A stretch of 32,000 nt of DNA from NCBI RefSeq assembly GCF_000011805.1, contig NC_006840.2; one strand, 5' to 3'. Below the pieces are notes generated by a model. It was given only the letters and a program-made list of their open reading frames with translations. It made no database searches and was not told the origin of the DNA. Made by a program: the position numbers and the translations under genes. Shown piece after piece: positions 18,666 through 29,112 of this stretch (positions are counted from its first letter, which is position 1; every line of letters begins with the position of its first letter). Source of the stretch: Aliivibrio fischeri ES114 (lineage in GTDB: Bacteria > Pseudomonadota > Gammaproteobacteria > Enterobacterales > Vibrionaceae).

Positions 18666-20474
18666 TTAAAGGAACTCTCCGCACTCGCTAGTCCACTAAA
18701 TGACCAACAAATAGGTCAGTTACAGCAAGCCGCTTCTGAATTGTCGCCACAGCAATTGGCGTGGGTCAGTGGCTACTTCTGGGGGATAAGCCAAACATCA
18801 GGTGCAACACAACCAATCAATCAAGCTGCCGCAGCGGTATCAAGCCAACCTGCTGGTAAGTTATCTATTATTTTTGCCTCTCAAACCGGTAATGCCAAAG
18901 GCGTTGCTGAAGCATTAAAAGAAGAAGCGGCAGCGGCAGGTATTGCTGTTGAGCTTTTTGATGCCAGTGATTACAAAGGTAAACATTTAGCAAAAGAAAC
19001 TCATGTCATTATTGTCGCTTCAACCAATGGTGAAGGTGAGGCACCTGATAATGCCATTGAGTTACATGAATTTTTACAATCGAAAAAGGCACCTAAGCTC
19101 GATAATTTACATTACGGTGTTATTGGTCTAGGGGATTCAAGTTATGAGTTTTTCTGCCAAACAGGTAAAGATTTTGATGCCTTCTTATCAAAACAAGGGG
19201 CAACACCGTTTATTGAACGTGTTGATCTTGATGTAGATTATGAAGCTCCGGCTGCAGAGTGGCGAAAGCAAGCTCTTGATAAAGTAAAAGAGGCATTAGC
19301 TTCTGAAGCACAAAGTGCGCAAGTGGTTCAGCTTCCTGTTGGACAAGCCGCTCATACCTCTCAATACTCAAAACAAAATCCGTATACCGCTACGCTATTA
19401 ACTAGCCAAAAAATCACAGGGCGAGATTCAGGTAAAGATGTTCGTCATATCGAAATTGATTTAGATGGTTCAGGATTAACTTATCAACCGGGTGATGCTC
19501 TTGGTGTGTGGTTTGAAAATAGCCCAGAGCTCGCTTCAGCAATTTTGAAGCAAGTCGGTTTAACGGGTGATGAAGCGGTTGAGGTAGATGGTGATTCAAT
19601 ATCGCTTCAAAAAGCCTTGGTTGAAAAATATGAAATCACCTCAGCAAATCCGCAATTAGTGACTCAATATGCTGAGTTGTCAGGCAGCAAAAAGTTAGAA
19701 AAGCTAGCAGCAGATAAAGATAAGCTTCGCCAGTATTCAGGGAATACTCAAGTTATTGATGTATTGTCTGAGAAAAAAGCAAAACTCACCGCAGAGCAAC
19801 TGGTTGGTTTGCTTCGTCGCTTAACTCCTCGTCTATATTCTATTGCATCAAGTCAGTCTGAAGTCGATGAAGAAGTGCATTTGACGGTAGGGGTTGTGGA
19901 GTATCTGCAAGGAGATGAAACACGTTTTGGTGGTGCATCTAGCTTTTTATCTCATCGCTTAGAAGAAGGCGATGATGTGAAAGTATTTGTTGAACACAAT
20001 AACAATTTCAAATTACCTCAAGATGATAATGCCCCAGTGATAATGATTGGACCAGGTACTGGTATTGCCCCATTCCGCTCATTTGTACAAGAGCGTGATA
20101 ACCGTGATGCAGAAGGTAAAAACTGGTTATTCTTTGGTGATAGAATCTTTACTCAAGATTTTTTATATCAGGTGGAGTGGCAGAAATACCTTAAATCGGG
20201 AATTGTGAATCAGCTTGATGTTGCTTTTAGTCGTGACCAACAAGAAAAAGTATATGTACAACACCGAATCTTAGAGCATGCCGCACAAGTATGGCAGTGG
20301 CTGCAAGATGGGGCGTATATCTATGTATGTGGTGACGCAACTCGTATGGCGAAAGACGTACACGAAGCATTGATTTGCGTTGTAGAGCAACATGGACAGA
20401 AAACGAGAGAAGAAGCAGAGCAATTTGTAAATGAGCTGCGTAAGGCAAAACGTTATCAAAGGGATGTGTACTAA
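18660..20474 (+). CDS. cysJ: Sulfite reductase [NADPH] flavoprotein alpha subunit. The ORF track starts at 18642; ATG 18660 matches the E. coli CysJ N-terminal spacing.
   Basis: [11 protein letters not shown] lies at the same offset as in E. coli CysJ. Other supporting blocks are the flavodoxin region [11 protein letters not shown], the FAD motif RLYSIASS and the C-terminal RYQRDVY. Confidence 0.97.
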   Translation: MLLKELSALASPLNDQQIGQLQQAASELSPQQLAWVSGYFWGISQTSGATQPINQAAAAVSSQPAGKLSIIFASQTGNAKGVAEALKEEAAAAGIAVELFDASDYKGKHLAKETHVIIVASTNGEGEAPDNAIELHEFLQSKKAPKLDNLHYGVIGLGDSSYEFFCQTGKDFDAFLSKQGATPFIERVDLDVDYEAPAAEWRKQALDKVKEALASEAQSAQVVQLPVGQAAHTSQYSKQNPYTATLLTSQKITGRDSGKDVRHIEIDLDGSGLTYQPGDALGVWFENSPELASAILKQVGLTGDEAVEVDGDSISLQKALVEKYEITSANPQLVTQYAELSGSKKLEKLAADKDKLRQYSGNTQVIDVLSEKKAKLTAEQLVGLLRRLTPRLYSIASSQSEVDEEVHLTVGVVEYLQGDETRFGGASSFLSHRLEEGDDVKVFVEHNNNFKLPQDDNAPVIMIGPGTGIAPFRSFVQERDNRDAEGKNWLFFGDRIFTQDFLYQVEWQKYLKSGIVNQLDVAFSRDQQEKVYVQHRILEHAAQVWQWLQDGAYIYVCGDATRMAKDVHEALICVVEQHGQKTREEAEQFVNELRKAKRYQRDVY

Positions 20475-22204
20475 TGAGCGAATTAATTGACGTTAAAACG
20501 ATTTTATCAGGGACAGAGCTTGGTCCACTTGCTGATAACGAGCGATTAAAGCGTGAAAGTAAGTATTTACGTGGCACGATCGTAGAAGATCTCCAAGATC
20601 GAATTACTGGTGGATTTACCAAAGATAATTTTCAGCTGATCCGCTTTCATGGCATGTATCAACAAGATGATCGTGATATTCGTGCTGAGCGTGCGAAACA
20701 AAAATTAGAACCCTTGCATAATGTCATGTTACGAGCTCGTATGCCTGGCGGCATTATTACACCAAAGCAGTGGTTGGCGATTGATAAATTTGCTGAAGAA
20801 CATACCTCTTATGGCAGTTTGCGCTTAACGACACGTCAAACCTTCCAGTTTCATGGTGTGTTAAAACCAAATATTAAATTAATGCATCAAACATTAAACA
20901 GTATCGGTATAGATTCAATTGCGACAGCAGGGGATGTAAACCGAAATGTGTTGTGTACAACTAACCCTGTTGAATCTGAACTTCATCAAGAAGCGTATGA
21001 ATGGGCGAAAAAAATCAGTGAGCATTTATTACCAAAAACACGTGCCTACGCTGAAATTTGGTTAGATGGTGAAAAGCTAGAAACCACGGATGAAGAACCG
21101 ATTTTAGGCAGTAATTATCTGCCTCGTAAATTTAAAACCACCGTTGTTATTCCTCCGCAAAATGATGTGGACGTGCATGCGAATGATTTGAACTTCATTG
21201 CCATTGCAGATAATGGAAAACTGGTTGGCTTTAATGTGCTTGTAGGTGGTGGCCTTGCAATGACACATGGTGATACGGCAACTTACCCACGTAAAGCCGA
21301 TGATTTTGGTTTTGTACCGTTAGATAAAACCCTTGATGTTGCAGCGGCAGTTGTGACTACTCAGCGTGACTGGGGGAACCGTTCAAATCGTAAAAATGCA
21401 AAAACCAAATACACATTAGATCGTGTGGGTTCTGATGTATTTAAAGGGGAAGTTGAAAAACGAGCTGGCGTTCAGTTTGAAAAAAGTCGTCCCTATGAGT
21501 TAACGGAACGTGGTGATCGAATCGGTTGGGTTGAAGGGATTGATGGTAAGCATCACTTAGCATTATTTATTGAAAATGGGCGTTTATTAGATTATCCGGG
21601 AAAACCACTAAAAACAGGTGTGGCTGAAATTGCTAAGGTTCACCAAGGTGATTTTAGAATGACAGCAAACCAAAATTTGATTGTTGCTGGTGTCCCTTCT
21701 GAGCAAAAAGATCATATAGAGCAAATTGCTCGTGCGCATGGTTTGATTGATGATACTCATTCAGAGCAGCGTAAAAATTCAATGGCTTGTGTGGCGTTTC
21801 CTACGTGTCCATTAGCCATGGCGGAAGCCGAGCGTTTCTTACCTGAATTTGTGACTGAAATTGAAGGTGTATTGAAAAAACACAACCTGCCAGAAGAAGA
21901 CAACATTATTTTCCGAGTTACTGGTTGTCCAAATGGTTGTGGCCGAGCAATGTTGGCTGAAATTGGTCTTGTTGGTAAAGCGCCGGGGCGTTATAACTTC
22001 CATCTTGGTGGTAATCGCAGTGGAACTCGAGTTCCTAAAATGTATAAGGAAAACATCACTGACCGCCAAATCCTTACTGAAATTGATCAACTTGTTGGTC
22101 GTTGGGCGACCGAGCGTAATGAAAATGAAGGGTTTGGTGATTTTACGATCCGTGCAGGTATCGTGGATGAAGTGAAGGTATCAAAGAGGGATTTTCATGC
22201 CTAA
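20474..22204 (+). CDS. cysI: Sulfite reductase [NADPH] hemoprotein beta subunit
   Basis: 576 aa with siroheme/4Fe-4S cysteine clusters ([25 protein letters not shown]). The start overlaps the cysJ stop (TAATG). Confidence 0.98.
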   Translation: MSELIDVKTILSGTELGPLADNERLKRESKYLRGTIVEDLQDRITGGFTKDNFQLIRFHGMYQQDDRDIRAERAKQKLEPLHNVMLRARMPGGIITPKQWLAIDKFAEEHTSYGSLRLTTRQTFQFHGVLKPNIKLMHQTLNSIGIDSIATAGDVNRNVLCTTNPVESELHQEAYEWAKKISEHLLPKTRAYAEIWLDGEKLETTDEEPILGSNYLPRKFKTTVVIPPQNDVDVHANDLNFIAIADNGKLVGFNVLVGGGLAMTHGDTATYPRKADDFGFVPLDKTLDVAAAVVTTQRDWGNRSNRKNAKTKYTLDRVGSDVFKGEVEKRAGVQFEKSRPYELTERGDRIGWVEGIDGKHHLALFIENGRLLDYPGKPLKTGVAEIAKVHQGDFRMTANQNLIVAGVPSEQKDHIEQIARAHGLIDDTHSEQRKNSMACVAFPTCPLAMAEAERFLPEFVTEIEGVLKKHNLPEEDNIIFRVTGCPNGCGRAMLAEIGLVGKAPGRYNFHLGGNRSGTRVPKMYKENITDRQILTEIDQLVGRWATERNENEGFGDFTIRAGIVDEVKVSKRDFHA

Positions 22205-22958
22205 ATTGCAATTATCAGAGCTGTTATCGTTAACCAAGGTTGAGCAAACATTACGTTTAGCTGAGGTTAATGTTGAGCTTGAGAAACTAACAGCCCAAGA
22301 GCGTGTTGTTTGGGCGTTGGAAAACTTAGAAGGTAACCCTGCGTTGTCATCCAGTTTTGGTATTCAAGCTGCGGTGATGTTGCAATTAGTTACTGAAGTA
22401 AAATCAGATACCCCTATTATTTTGACTGATACTGGGTATCTATTTCCTGAAACTTATCAATTTATCGATCAATTAACGGACCGATTGAATTTAAATCTTC
22501 ATGTCTTTACTGCGGATGAGAGCCCAAATTGGCAAGAGGCCCGTTATGGTAAATTATGGGAGCAAGGTGTAGAAGGCATTGAGAAATATAATAAACTCAA
22601 TAAAGTTCAGCCGATGCGTCGTGCTTTAGATCAACTTGAAATTGGAGTTTGGTTTTCAGGGTTACGTCGAGAGCAATCGGGTTCTCGAGCAAATTTACCT
22701 ATTTTAAGTATCCAAAATGGCGTTTTTAAATTCCTCCCAGTCTTAGATTGGACAAATAAAGAAGTTCATTACTTTTTGAAAGAGTACGACTTACCTTACC
22801 ATCCATTATGGGACCAAGGGTATTTATCTGTTGGTGATACACACACAACTCAGAAATGGGAACCGGGAATGAGCGAAGAGGAAACTCGATTTTTTGGCTT
22901 GAAGCGGGAGTGTGGATTACATGAAGATGACGGTGAACTTGATGGTTCTGGAATTTAA
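22197..22958 (+). CDS. cysH: Phosphoadenosine phosphosulfate (PAPS) reductase
   Basis: 253 aa with the C-terminal ECGLH motif. It overlaps the cysI stop by 8 nt. Confidence 0.97.
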   Translation: MPKLQLSELLSLTKVEQTLRLAEVNVELEKLTAQERVVWALENLEGNPALSSSFGIQAAVMLQLVTEVKSDTPIILTDTGYLFPETYQFIDQLTDRLNLNLHVFTADESPNWQEARYGKLWEQGVEGIEKYNKLNKVQPMRRALDQLEIGVWFSGLRREQSGSRANLPILSIQNGVFKFLPVLDWTNKEVHYFLKEYDLPYHPLWDQGYLSVGDTHTTQKWEPGMSEEETRFFGLKRECGLHEDDGELDGSGI

Positions 22959-22995
22959 ATGATAAAACTATCATTAAGTAAATTTAATTGGATTA

Positions 22996-23025
22996 AAAGG
23001 CAGCGATAACGCTGCCTTTATTTAT
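22996..23025. terminator. Bidirectional stem-loop between convergent cysH and the DUF2780 gene
   Basis: AAAGGCAGCG-ataa-CGCTGCCTTT is a perfect 10-bp stem with T-rich flanks on both strands. Confidence 0.7.
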
Positions 23026-23045
23026 CTTGATTGTTTATAACTTCA

Positions 23046-23516
23046 TTATTTCCAAAGAGAAGTTAATGAATCTAGTAAACCAGAACTTGCATTTTGAGAG
23101 CTTAAGTACTCAGTAATTACAGGAGTAAATTGCGAGATCAAAGCCGGGTCTAATCCAAGAGCTGAAAAAGCTGCTTTTACACTATCCATATTTGAAATCA
23201 TGCTGCTTAATCCACCAGGAATTGCTCCCGTTAGAGATTCAAGACCAGGGATCATACTATTTAATTCAGAGCTTTCAGAATCCGATAGGCCATTACCTGC
23301 CATCGCTAATAGAGCGCCAGCACCGCCAGCAGCTTGATCAGCTGAGATATCAAGGTTTTCAGTTAACATTCCAACTAATGGATTGGAAGCGGTTGTCTCT
23401 TCTGTTTTGACATCGTCACTGCCACCAAAAAGATTAGAAAGAAAAGCATTAGCTGGTGCAGCTGCTGTGAGTGAAAGTGCAAGCGTTGATAAGATTAGCG
23501 TTTTTTTCATTGTCAT
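23046..23516 (-). CDS. DUF2780 (VcgC/VcgE-type) secreted/periplasmic protein of unknown function
   Basis: Signal peptide (…LTAAAPANA/F). It is Gly/Ser/Leu-rich, and the blocks DISADQAAGGAGALLAMA and LGLDPALISQFTPVITEYL match my recollection of DUF2780. Confidence 0.65.
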   Translation of the reverse strand: MTMKKTLILSTLALSLTAAAPANAFLSNLFGGSDDVKTEETTASNPLVGMLTENLDISADQAAGGAGALLAMAGNGLSDSESSELNSMIPGLESLTGAIPGGLSSMISNMDSVKAAFSALGLDPALISQFTPVITEYLSSQNASSGLLDSLTSLWK

Positions 23517-23570
23517 TTCCTTTTAACATATCAATATTGTTTTTGTAACATTGTAGTTAGAGTATGACAC

Positions 23571-23603
23571 AAAAAAAAGCGATACCCATAGGCATCGCTT
23601 TTT
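23571..23603 (-). terminator. Rho-independent terminator of fklB
   Basis: Minus strand reads AAGCGATGCC-tatg-GGTATCGCTT (one mismatch) followed by TTTTTTTT. Confidence 0.75.
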
Positions 23604-23633
23604 AATTTTATATTTAACCTTTTTTGAGAAAGA

Positions 23634-24254
23634 TTAAAGGATATCTAGTAGTTCAACTTCAAATACTAGAGCAGCATATGGAGGGATTGCAGCACCAGCG
23701 CCACGCTCACCGTATGCTAGGTTTTGTGGAATAGAAAGTTTCCACTTAGAACCTACAGGCATTAGTTGAAGAGCTTCAACCCAACCAGCGATAACGCCAG
23801 TTACTGGGAATTCAGCAGGTTGGCCACGTTCTACAGAGCTATCGAATACAGCACCGTTAGTTAGCATACCGTGGTAGTGAACACGTACTGTTTTATCAGA
23901 AGTTGGAATTTCACCAGTACCTTCAGTTAGTACTTCATATTGAAGGCCTGACTCTAGTACAGTTACTTCTGGACGAAGTGCGTTATCAGCTAGGAAAGCT
24001 TCGCCTTCAGCTGCAGCAGCTTTTGAAGCTTCTGCACGAGCTTCTTCAGCACGCATGTGAAGTGCTTGAAGTGCTTCGTTGATAGCGTCAACTTCGATTT
24101 CTGGCATATCACCAGTTAGTGAAGTTGCGATACCTTTAGCGATAGCAGCAACGTTTAGGCCTTCAAGACCTGATTGTGCTAGTTGCTGGCCCATTTGAAG
24201 ACCAATACCGTAGCTTGCTCTTTGTTCTACTGTTTCTAATTTTACTTCAGACAT
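23634..24254 (-). CDS. fklB: FKBP-type peptidyl-prolyl cis-trans isomerase
   Basis: 206 aa, the same length as E. coli FklB, with an N-terminal dimerisation domain plus the FKBP block VIAGWVEALQLMPVGSKWKLSIPQNLAYG. Confidence 0.93.
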   Translation of the reverse strand: MSEVKLETVEQRASYGIGLQMGQQLAQSGLEGLNVAAIAKGIATSLTGDMPEIEVDAINEALQALHMRAEEARAEASKAAAAEGEAFLADNALRPEVTVLESGLQYEVLTEGTGEIPTSDKTVRVHYHGMLTNGAVFDSSVERGQPAEFPVTGVIAGWVEALQLMPVGSKWKLSIPQNLAYGERGAGAAIPPYAALVFEVELLDIL

Positions 24255-24393
24255 ACAGTCTCTCTTTCTTTATATGGTATAAACGAAAGCATAAAGGATA
24301 CAGAGATCTAAGCTTAAGGTAAACTTTTGTACTTCTTTGAACTCTGATATTAGAATAAAACGTGAGCTCACCAGTTTCGCATGAGGCGATGGT

Positions 24394-25044
24394 ATGAATA
24401 AAAAGAAAAAAATGAATGTAAAGCGCCCAGATTTTTCTGAGCAATTGGCTAATTTAAAGGAAAAGTGTGGGCCTCTTATTGAAAAAGTTGCACCTTATTG
24501 GCAGCGATTACCTCAATTTCACCAAAAAGCATTACGCATTTTAGTTCCTGTTACCTTTGTTTTAATTTTATTACCAAGTGGTGCAGAGGAAGAAGTAGAT
24601 AGTATTCAGCCTACCGTGATCCCTGCGCCTGAAATGCAGAGACAAAGTGTCAGCCTAAACCTTGAAGGGCTAAGTGAACAAGAGGCATCATCAAACCGTA
24701 ATCAAAGAGAAACGAGAGTCAATAGAGAAGAAAAAGTACCAACTCAAACAGCCTCTATTGAAAAAGAAACAACGGCTGTTGAAGCCAAATGGCACGATTA
24801 TCAAATTCAAGAAGGTGATACCCTTTATCAGGTATTTAGAAAAAATAATCTGCCATTAACTGAATTAAATAAAGTGGTGAAAATTGAAGGTGCAGATAAA
24901 CCATTAAGTAATATTAAGAAAGGTCAACTGTTTCGCTTTAAACTCAATCGACAAGGCGATCTAGATATCGTACAAATAGAACGTGATGGTCAAGCGATCA
25001 TGTACTTTAGAATGTCCGATGGTAATTTTGGACGCAGTAAATAA
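24394..25044 (+). CDS. ytfB: OapA/LysM-like cell-envelope protein (YtfB family)
   Basis: One N-terminal TM segment (ILVPVTFVLILLP), a charged linker and a C-terminal OapA-type block (EGDTLYQVFRKNNLP…IEGADKPLSNIKKGQ). It is divergent from fklB, as in E. coli. Confidence 0.75.
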   Translation: MNKKKKMNVKRPDFSEQLANLKEKCGPLIEKVAPYWQRLPQFHQKALRILVPVTFVLILLPSGAEEEVDSIQPTVIPAPEMQRQSVSLNLEGLSEQEASSNRNQRETRVNREEKVPTQTASIEKETTAVEAKWHDYQIQEGDTLYQVFRKNNLPLTELNKVVKIEGADKPLSNIKKGQLFRFKLNRQGDLDIVQIERDGQAIMYFRMSDGNFGRSK

Positions 25045-25080
25045 TCTCTCTTTTTACTATCTTCCTCTTATGTTCTTTAA

Positions 25081-25923
25081 TCACGTTTTAGGCATAAGAG
25101 GAATGACAATCAATGCAATCCCCACTGCTGTTAATATGTCTGGGATCTCGTCAAACCAAATCACACCAAATATAACCACAAAAATTAATCCTGAATATTC
25201 AGCCAAAGAAATCTGAGTAGCAGGAGCTTTTTTGTATGCAATGGTCGCTAACCCATTATAACTAATAATAAAAGTTGCGCTCAGAGCAATCCAAAGAACT
25301 TCATGATAATGCAATGGTTGCCAATAAAGCCAAGCTAAACCACCTGAAACGGGTAAGGATAATAATGTCGTCCAAAATAGTGTGGTAATAACGGATTGAT
25401 CGTTAGGTATTTTTCTTACCAAAATATTATATAACGCCAATGTTGTTGCGGTTCCTAAAGCAAAAATAGCAGCCCAGTGGAATTGAGAAGGACGAAGAAT
25501 AATAAGAGCCCCTAAAAACCCGACTATGGTTTGAAATATTTTCTTTGTCGATGGCTTTTCATTAAGCAAGAGTATTGAAAGCGGGATCATTAACAATGGT
25601 GCAGTATAAAAAACAGCATTGGCAGTCGCTAAAGTTAAGTAGGTGATTGATACCACCATACAACCACTACCAATTAAAAGAACATGAGCTCGTATTAGCG
25701 TTACTTTAGGGTTGCTTAAGCATCTTAATTTGGGTTGTTGATGAAACCAAAAAGGAAACAGAAGAGCGAGTGAGATCAATTGACGCAGAAATATATATTG
25801 AAAAGGCGAGACTCCACCATCCAATACTTTAACTGCAACATCAGAAAGTGAAGCAAGTAAGTTACCTAATATCAATAAGATAATAGCTAAATGAGTAGGA
25901 GCCATCATTGATCTCATACTCAT
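25081..25923 (-). CDS. EamA/DMT-superfamily permease (10-TM type)
   Basis: 280 aa, hydrophobic throughout, with the two-EamA-repeat architecture. Its ATG lies 1 nt after the elaA stop. Confidence 0.85.
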   Translation of the reverse strand: MSMRSMMAPTHLAIILLILGNLLASLSDVAVKVLDGGVSPFQYIFLRQLISLALLFPFWFHQQPKLRCLSNPKVTLIRAHVLLIGSGCMVVSITYLTLATANAVFYTAPLLMIPLSILLLNEKPSTKKIFQTIVGFLGALIILRPSQFHWAAIFALGTATTLALYNILVRKIPNDQSVITTLFWTTLLSLPVSGGLAWLYWQPLHYHEVLWIALSATFIISYNGLATIAYKKAPATQISLAEYSGLIFVVIFGVIWFDEIPDILTAVGIALIVIPLMPKT

Positions 25924-25924
25924 C

Positions 25925-26377
25925 TTATTTTTCTAAACGCATATCAACATGAGGAATATCATCCTCAAGATACATATCAGAAATTACCTGAAATCCATGT
26001 TTTTGATAAAAGTGAGTTAGATGTTCTTGAGCACCAATATCAATCGTCTCTCCTGGCCATAATTCTTCACAACACGCTAAAGCTTGTGATAGCAGTTTAT
26101 GTCCTAAACCATCACCTCTTGCAGTGCCTTTGGTTGCAACTCGTCCAATACTGACATTGATATAACTGGTACCAGCTGGCAGCAATCGAGCGCAGGCTAT
26201 AATTTCATTATCTTTAGTGCCAATTAAATGATAAACCCCATCTTGGCAATCTTTGCCATCAAGTTCTGGGTAAGGGCAGGTTTGTTCTACAACAAAAACA
26301 TCGACTCTTAAACGAAGTAATTCATAGAGTTGAGAGGTGGTTAATTCGGTAAATGGTATTTTTTGCCAATGGATCAT
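25925..26377 (-). CDS. elaA: GNAT-family N-acetyltransferase, ElaA type
   Basis: 150 aa. The N-terminus MIHWQKIPFTELTTSQLYELLRLRVDVFVVEQTCPYPELDG closely parallels E. coli ElaA as I recall it, and an acetyl-CoA-binding block RGDGLGHKLL is present. Confidence 0.85.
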   Translation of the reverse strand: MIHWQKIPFTELTTSQLYELLRLRVDVFVVEQTCPYPELDGKDCQDGVYHLIGTKDNEIIACARLLPAGTSYINVSIGRVATKGTARGDGLGHKLLSQALACCEELWPGETIDIGAQEHLTHFYQKHGFQVISDMYLEDDIPHVDMRLEK

Positions 26378-26443
26378 GGAATTTATCTCAGTGAAAACGA
26401 AGAGTATCCAAGATACCTATGTTCACTTTTTTTGGCATTAACC

Positions 26444-27013
26444 TTATGTTAACTTTTTAATTCTGTTTTTTATTCGACTTAAGCTGATATGAGTTATGCC
26501 AAGGTAAGCGGCAACTTGGTAATCGTTGAGTTGGGCTAATAGTTCTGGATAATTTTGACAGAAAACCTCGTAACGAGCTTGAGGAGAGTGTAATAACATA
26601 AAGCGTTCTTTTCTTTCTTTATACAAAAGTTGTGTTTCTAATAACTTGATATAAAGAGGGAGAGCATTTTTTCGCCATCTATCCAGTAGAGAGATAGGCA
26701 ATGTTATTAAACTTGTTTGAGTGATGGTTTCAAGAGTGTAGGGAGATGACGTTTGGTCTAATAATTCTTCAAAGCCAACAACCCAATCTCCTTTCCAATA
26801 AAATTCTTTACTAAATTGCTTGCCTTGTTCGGTGAGATAACAAGAATGACAAAACCCATCAATAAGAAAATAGAATTCATTAGCAACATTATTTTGTTTG
26901 ATAAGTATAGACTTAGCAGGAAGAGTTTTTAGCTTACCTAACTTAACTATTTGAGATATTTCATGGGGAGTAAACCCGTGTGATTCCAGTTGAGTGGTAA
27001 AAAGATCATTCAT
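26444..27013 (-). CDS. Crp/Fnr-family transcriptional regulator (cNMP-binding-like domain plus C-terminal HTH)
   Basis: 189 aa with a beta-roll region (EFYFLIDGFCHSCYL…GDWVVGFEELL) and a C-terminal HTH (QVAAYLGITHISLSRIKNR). Confidence 0.8.
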   Translation of the reverse strand: MNDLFTTQLESHGFTPHEISQIVKLGKLKTLPAKSILIKQNNVANEFYFLIDGFCHSCYLTEQGKQFSKEFYWKGDWVVGFEELLDQTSSPYTLETITQTSLITLPISLLDRWRKNALPLYIKLLETQLLYKERKERFMLLHSPQARYEVFCQNYPELLAQLNDYQVAAYLGITHISLSRIKNRIKKLT

Positions 27014-27072
27014 AGTTAAGTACTTTTATTATTAGAAGATGATGTTTTAATAGTGGAAAACTTAGCATACAG

Positions 27073-27106
27073 ATAAAAAAATAGCATGGTGAAATCACCA
27101 TGCTAT
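27073..27106 (-). terminator. Rho-independent terminator of cpdB
   Basis: Perfect 12-bp stem ATAGCATGGTGA-aa-TCACCATGCTAT, followed on the minus strand by TTTTTTTT. Confidence 0.85.
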
Positions 27107-27129
27107 TTGTTTTGTAAAAGAGATGAATT

Positions 27130-29112
27130 TTATTTTGCTAAGTTAAGTTGATATACAGCAAAACCAACATCATCAGTCGCAACACGTTTCATTGGGTATT
27201 GACCTTTATCTTTAATAAACTGAGTTGCTTTTTCGCTTGGTGATGTTTCAAAGCGAATATCCAGTTTTTCGCCATTTTTTATTGGTGCGAAAGACCAGTT
27301 ATTATCAGCTGATGGTTGAACTTGACCTGCCTCTTTACTAACTCGAGAAATGTAGTTAGCAAGAACGGTACGGTTTTCATCTGGAGAATCAAAAGCGATG
27401 AAATCAGCCCCCGTGCCTGGGAACTTATTGCTGTAAGCTCGGTAGTTATTAGTTGCGATCAGGAAGTCTTGCTTCGCATCAATTGGTTTGCCTTGGTATG
27501 TTAAACCGATGATACGCTCAGAACCTTCATTAATTAAATTACAGTCACCGTCATATTTTGCTGGTTGAGTAATGTCAATTTGGTAGTTAACACCATCAAT
27601 GACATCAAAGTTATACGTACGGAAACCATCCCAATCAATTAACTGTTGAGGTGCAGTACTGTTGATGTCGATTTGTTTAAATTGACCAGCAGAGCATTCA
27701 AGCCACTCTTTTACTTCTTTACCCGTTACTTTCATTGCAACTAAGGTATTCGGGTATAGGTATAAATCAGCCGCATTACGGAACGTCAATTGGCCTGATT
27801 CAACTTCTGTAAAGTTTGTTGGATCATTTCCACGACCGCCAGCTTTGAATGGCGCTGCCGCAGAAAGTACTGGAGTACCATCTAAATCAGGGTCGCCTTG
27901 AATGAAGCGTTCAACGTAATCTTTTTGTGCAAGATTAACGATTTGAACGGTAGGATCATCTTGAACTAAAGCTAAGAAGCTATACATAACATCATCAGCT
28001 TTACCAATTGGCTGGTTAACGAAATCACGCGTGCCTTTATGATCCGCTTCTAAAGCTTGTACGATGCCTTTATCAGCGTCAGCCAGTGATTTCTGATTTG
28101 TTTTATCAAAAATAGGGCGAGCTTCTGATTGACCTTTTACTACACTCCATTTGCCATCTTTTTGCTCAAGAGTTAAATCCATTACACCAACATGGCTACC
28201 CCAGCGGCCAGGCATAACAGCAGCAACGCCGTTAATTGTACCGTTTTCGTTATCAATACCTTGCAGGTTATCGAACCCTTTTCCTGGGAAAACCGCATGT
28301 GAGTGACCAAAGGCAATAGCATCAATACCGTCTACTTCAGAAAGGTAGTAGGTTGAGTTTTCTTCACCTTGTTTGTATGGATTCGTTGATACGCCAGAGT
28401 GAGGAATTGCAACGATAACATCAGCACCTTCTGCTTTCATTTGAGGTACTAATTCTTCTGCTGTTTCTTTTATGTCACGAGCAAAAACTTTACCTTCAAG
28501 ATTCTTTTTATCCCATACCATGATTTGTGGTGGAACAAATCCGATGTAGCCGACTTTGATTTCGTGCTCTACACCTGCAGTATCTTTTAGTTTATGAGTT
28601 TTAATGATGTATGGTTTGAAATAATGCTCTTTTGTTTTTGCATCATAAACGTTCGCACTGATGTATGGGAAATCAGCATCATTAATTGATTCTGCTAAAA
28701 ACTCTAAACCGTAGTTAAATTCGTGGTTACCAATATTACCTGCATCGTAATCTAATTGATTCATCGCTTTATATGCAGGGTGAACTTCACCAGCTTCAAT
28801 GCCTTTATCTGCCATGTAGTCACCCATTGGACTACCTTGCAATAAATCACCATTATCAACTAAAACACTGTTTGTTACTTCAGCACGTGCTTCTTTTACC
28901 AATGTTGCTGTACGAGCTAAACCAATTTTTTGAGTCGGTTTATCTTTGTAGTAGTCATAATCCATAAGGTTAGTATGGATGTCTGTTGTTTCTACCACTC
29001 GTAGATTAATAACTTCATCGGTATCGGTAACTGTTGGGCTACAACCTGAAAGGGTAAGTAGACCTAGACCAGCTAATACTGCAATTGAAACAGGTTTTGC
29101 TGAGAGGTTCAT
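27130..29112 (-). CDS. cpdB: 2',3'-cyclic-nucleotide 2'-phosphodiesterase / 3'-nucleotidase, predicted lipoprotein form. The ORF track extends it to 29139.
   Basis: Metallophosphoesterase motifs ([17 protein letters not shown]) plus a 5'-nucleotidase C-terminal domain. GGAGA SD lies 6 nt before ATG 29112. The lipobox LSGC puts Cys at residue 24. Confidence 0.93.
   Translation of the reverse strand: MNLSAKPVSIAVLAGLGLLTLSGCSPTVTDTDEVINLRVVETTDIHTNLMDYDYYKDKPTQKIGLARTATLVKEARAEVTNSVLVDNGDLLQGSPMGDYMADKGIEAGEVHPAYKAMNQLDYDAGNIGNHEFNYGLEFLAESINDADFPYISANVYDAKTKEHYFKPYIIKTHKLKDTAGVEHEIKVGYIGFVPPQIMVWDKKNLEGKVFARDIKETAEELVPQMKAEGADVIVAIPHSGVSTNPYKQGEENSTYYLSEVDGIDAIAFGHSHAVFPGKGFDNLQGIDNENGTINGVAAVMPGRWGSHVGVMDLTLEQKDGKWSVVKGQSEARPIFDKTNQKSLADADKGIVQALEADHKGTRDFVNQPIGKADDVMYSFLALVQDDPTVQIVNLAQKDYVERFIQGDPDLDGTPVLSAAAPFKAGGRGNDPTNFTEVESGQLTFRNAADLYLYPNTLVAMKVTGKEVKEWLECSAGQFKQIDINSTAPQQLIDWDGFRTYNFDVIDGVNYQIDITQPAKYDGDCNLINEGSERIIGLTYQGKPIDAKQDFLIATNNYRAYSNKFPGTGADFIAFDSPDENRTVLANYISRVSKEAGQVQPSADNNWSFAPIKNGEKLDIRFETSPSEKATQFIKDKGQYPMKRVATDDVGFAVYQLNLAK

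Noticed and set aside
20227-20622. 131-aa ORF antisense across the cysJ/cysI junction
   Set aside because: It is antisense to two overlapping, well-supported genes and has no SD or motif.
24362-24371. Perfect 10-bp palindrome GTGAGCTCAC in the fklB/ytfB divergent region
   Set aside because: It is a single short palindrome containing a SacI site, with no repeat partner or obvious promoter overlap, so I cannot assign a function.
26390-26433. Plus-strand terminator-like element (AGTGAA…GTATC-caa-GATAC…TTCACT plus T7) between the minus-strand crp-like and elaA genes
   Set aside because: The outer stem is only 6 bp, with a large internal loop. On the relevant minus strand there is no U-tract. 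The T-run is unremarkable in this AT-rich genome. It could still attenuate antisense transcription, but the evidence is weak.
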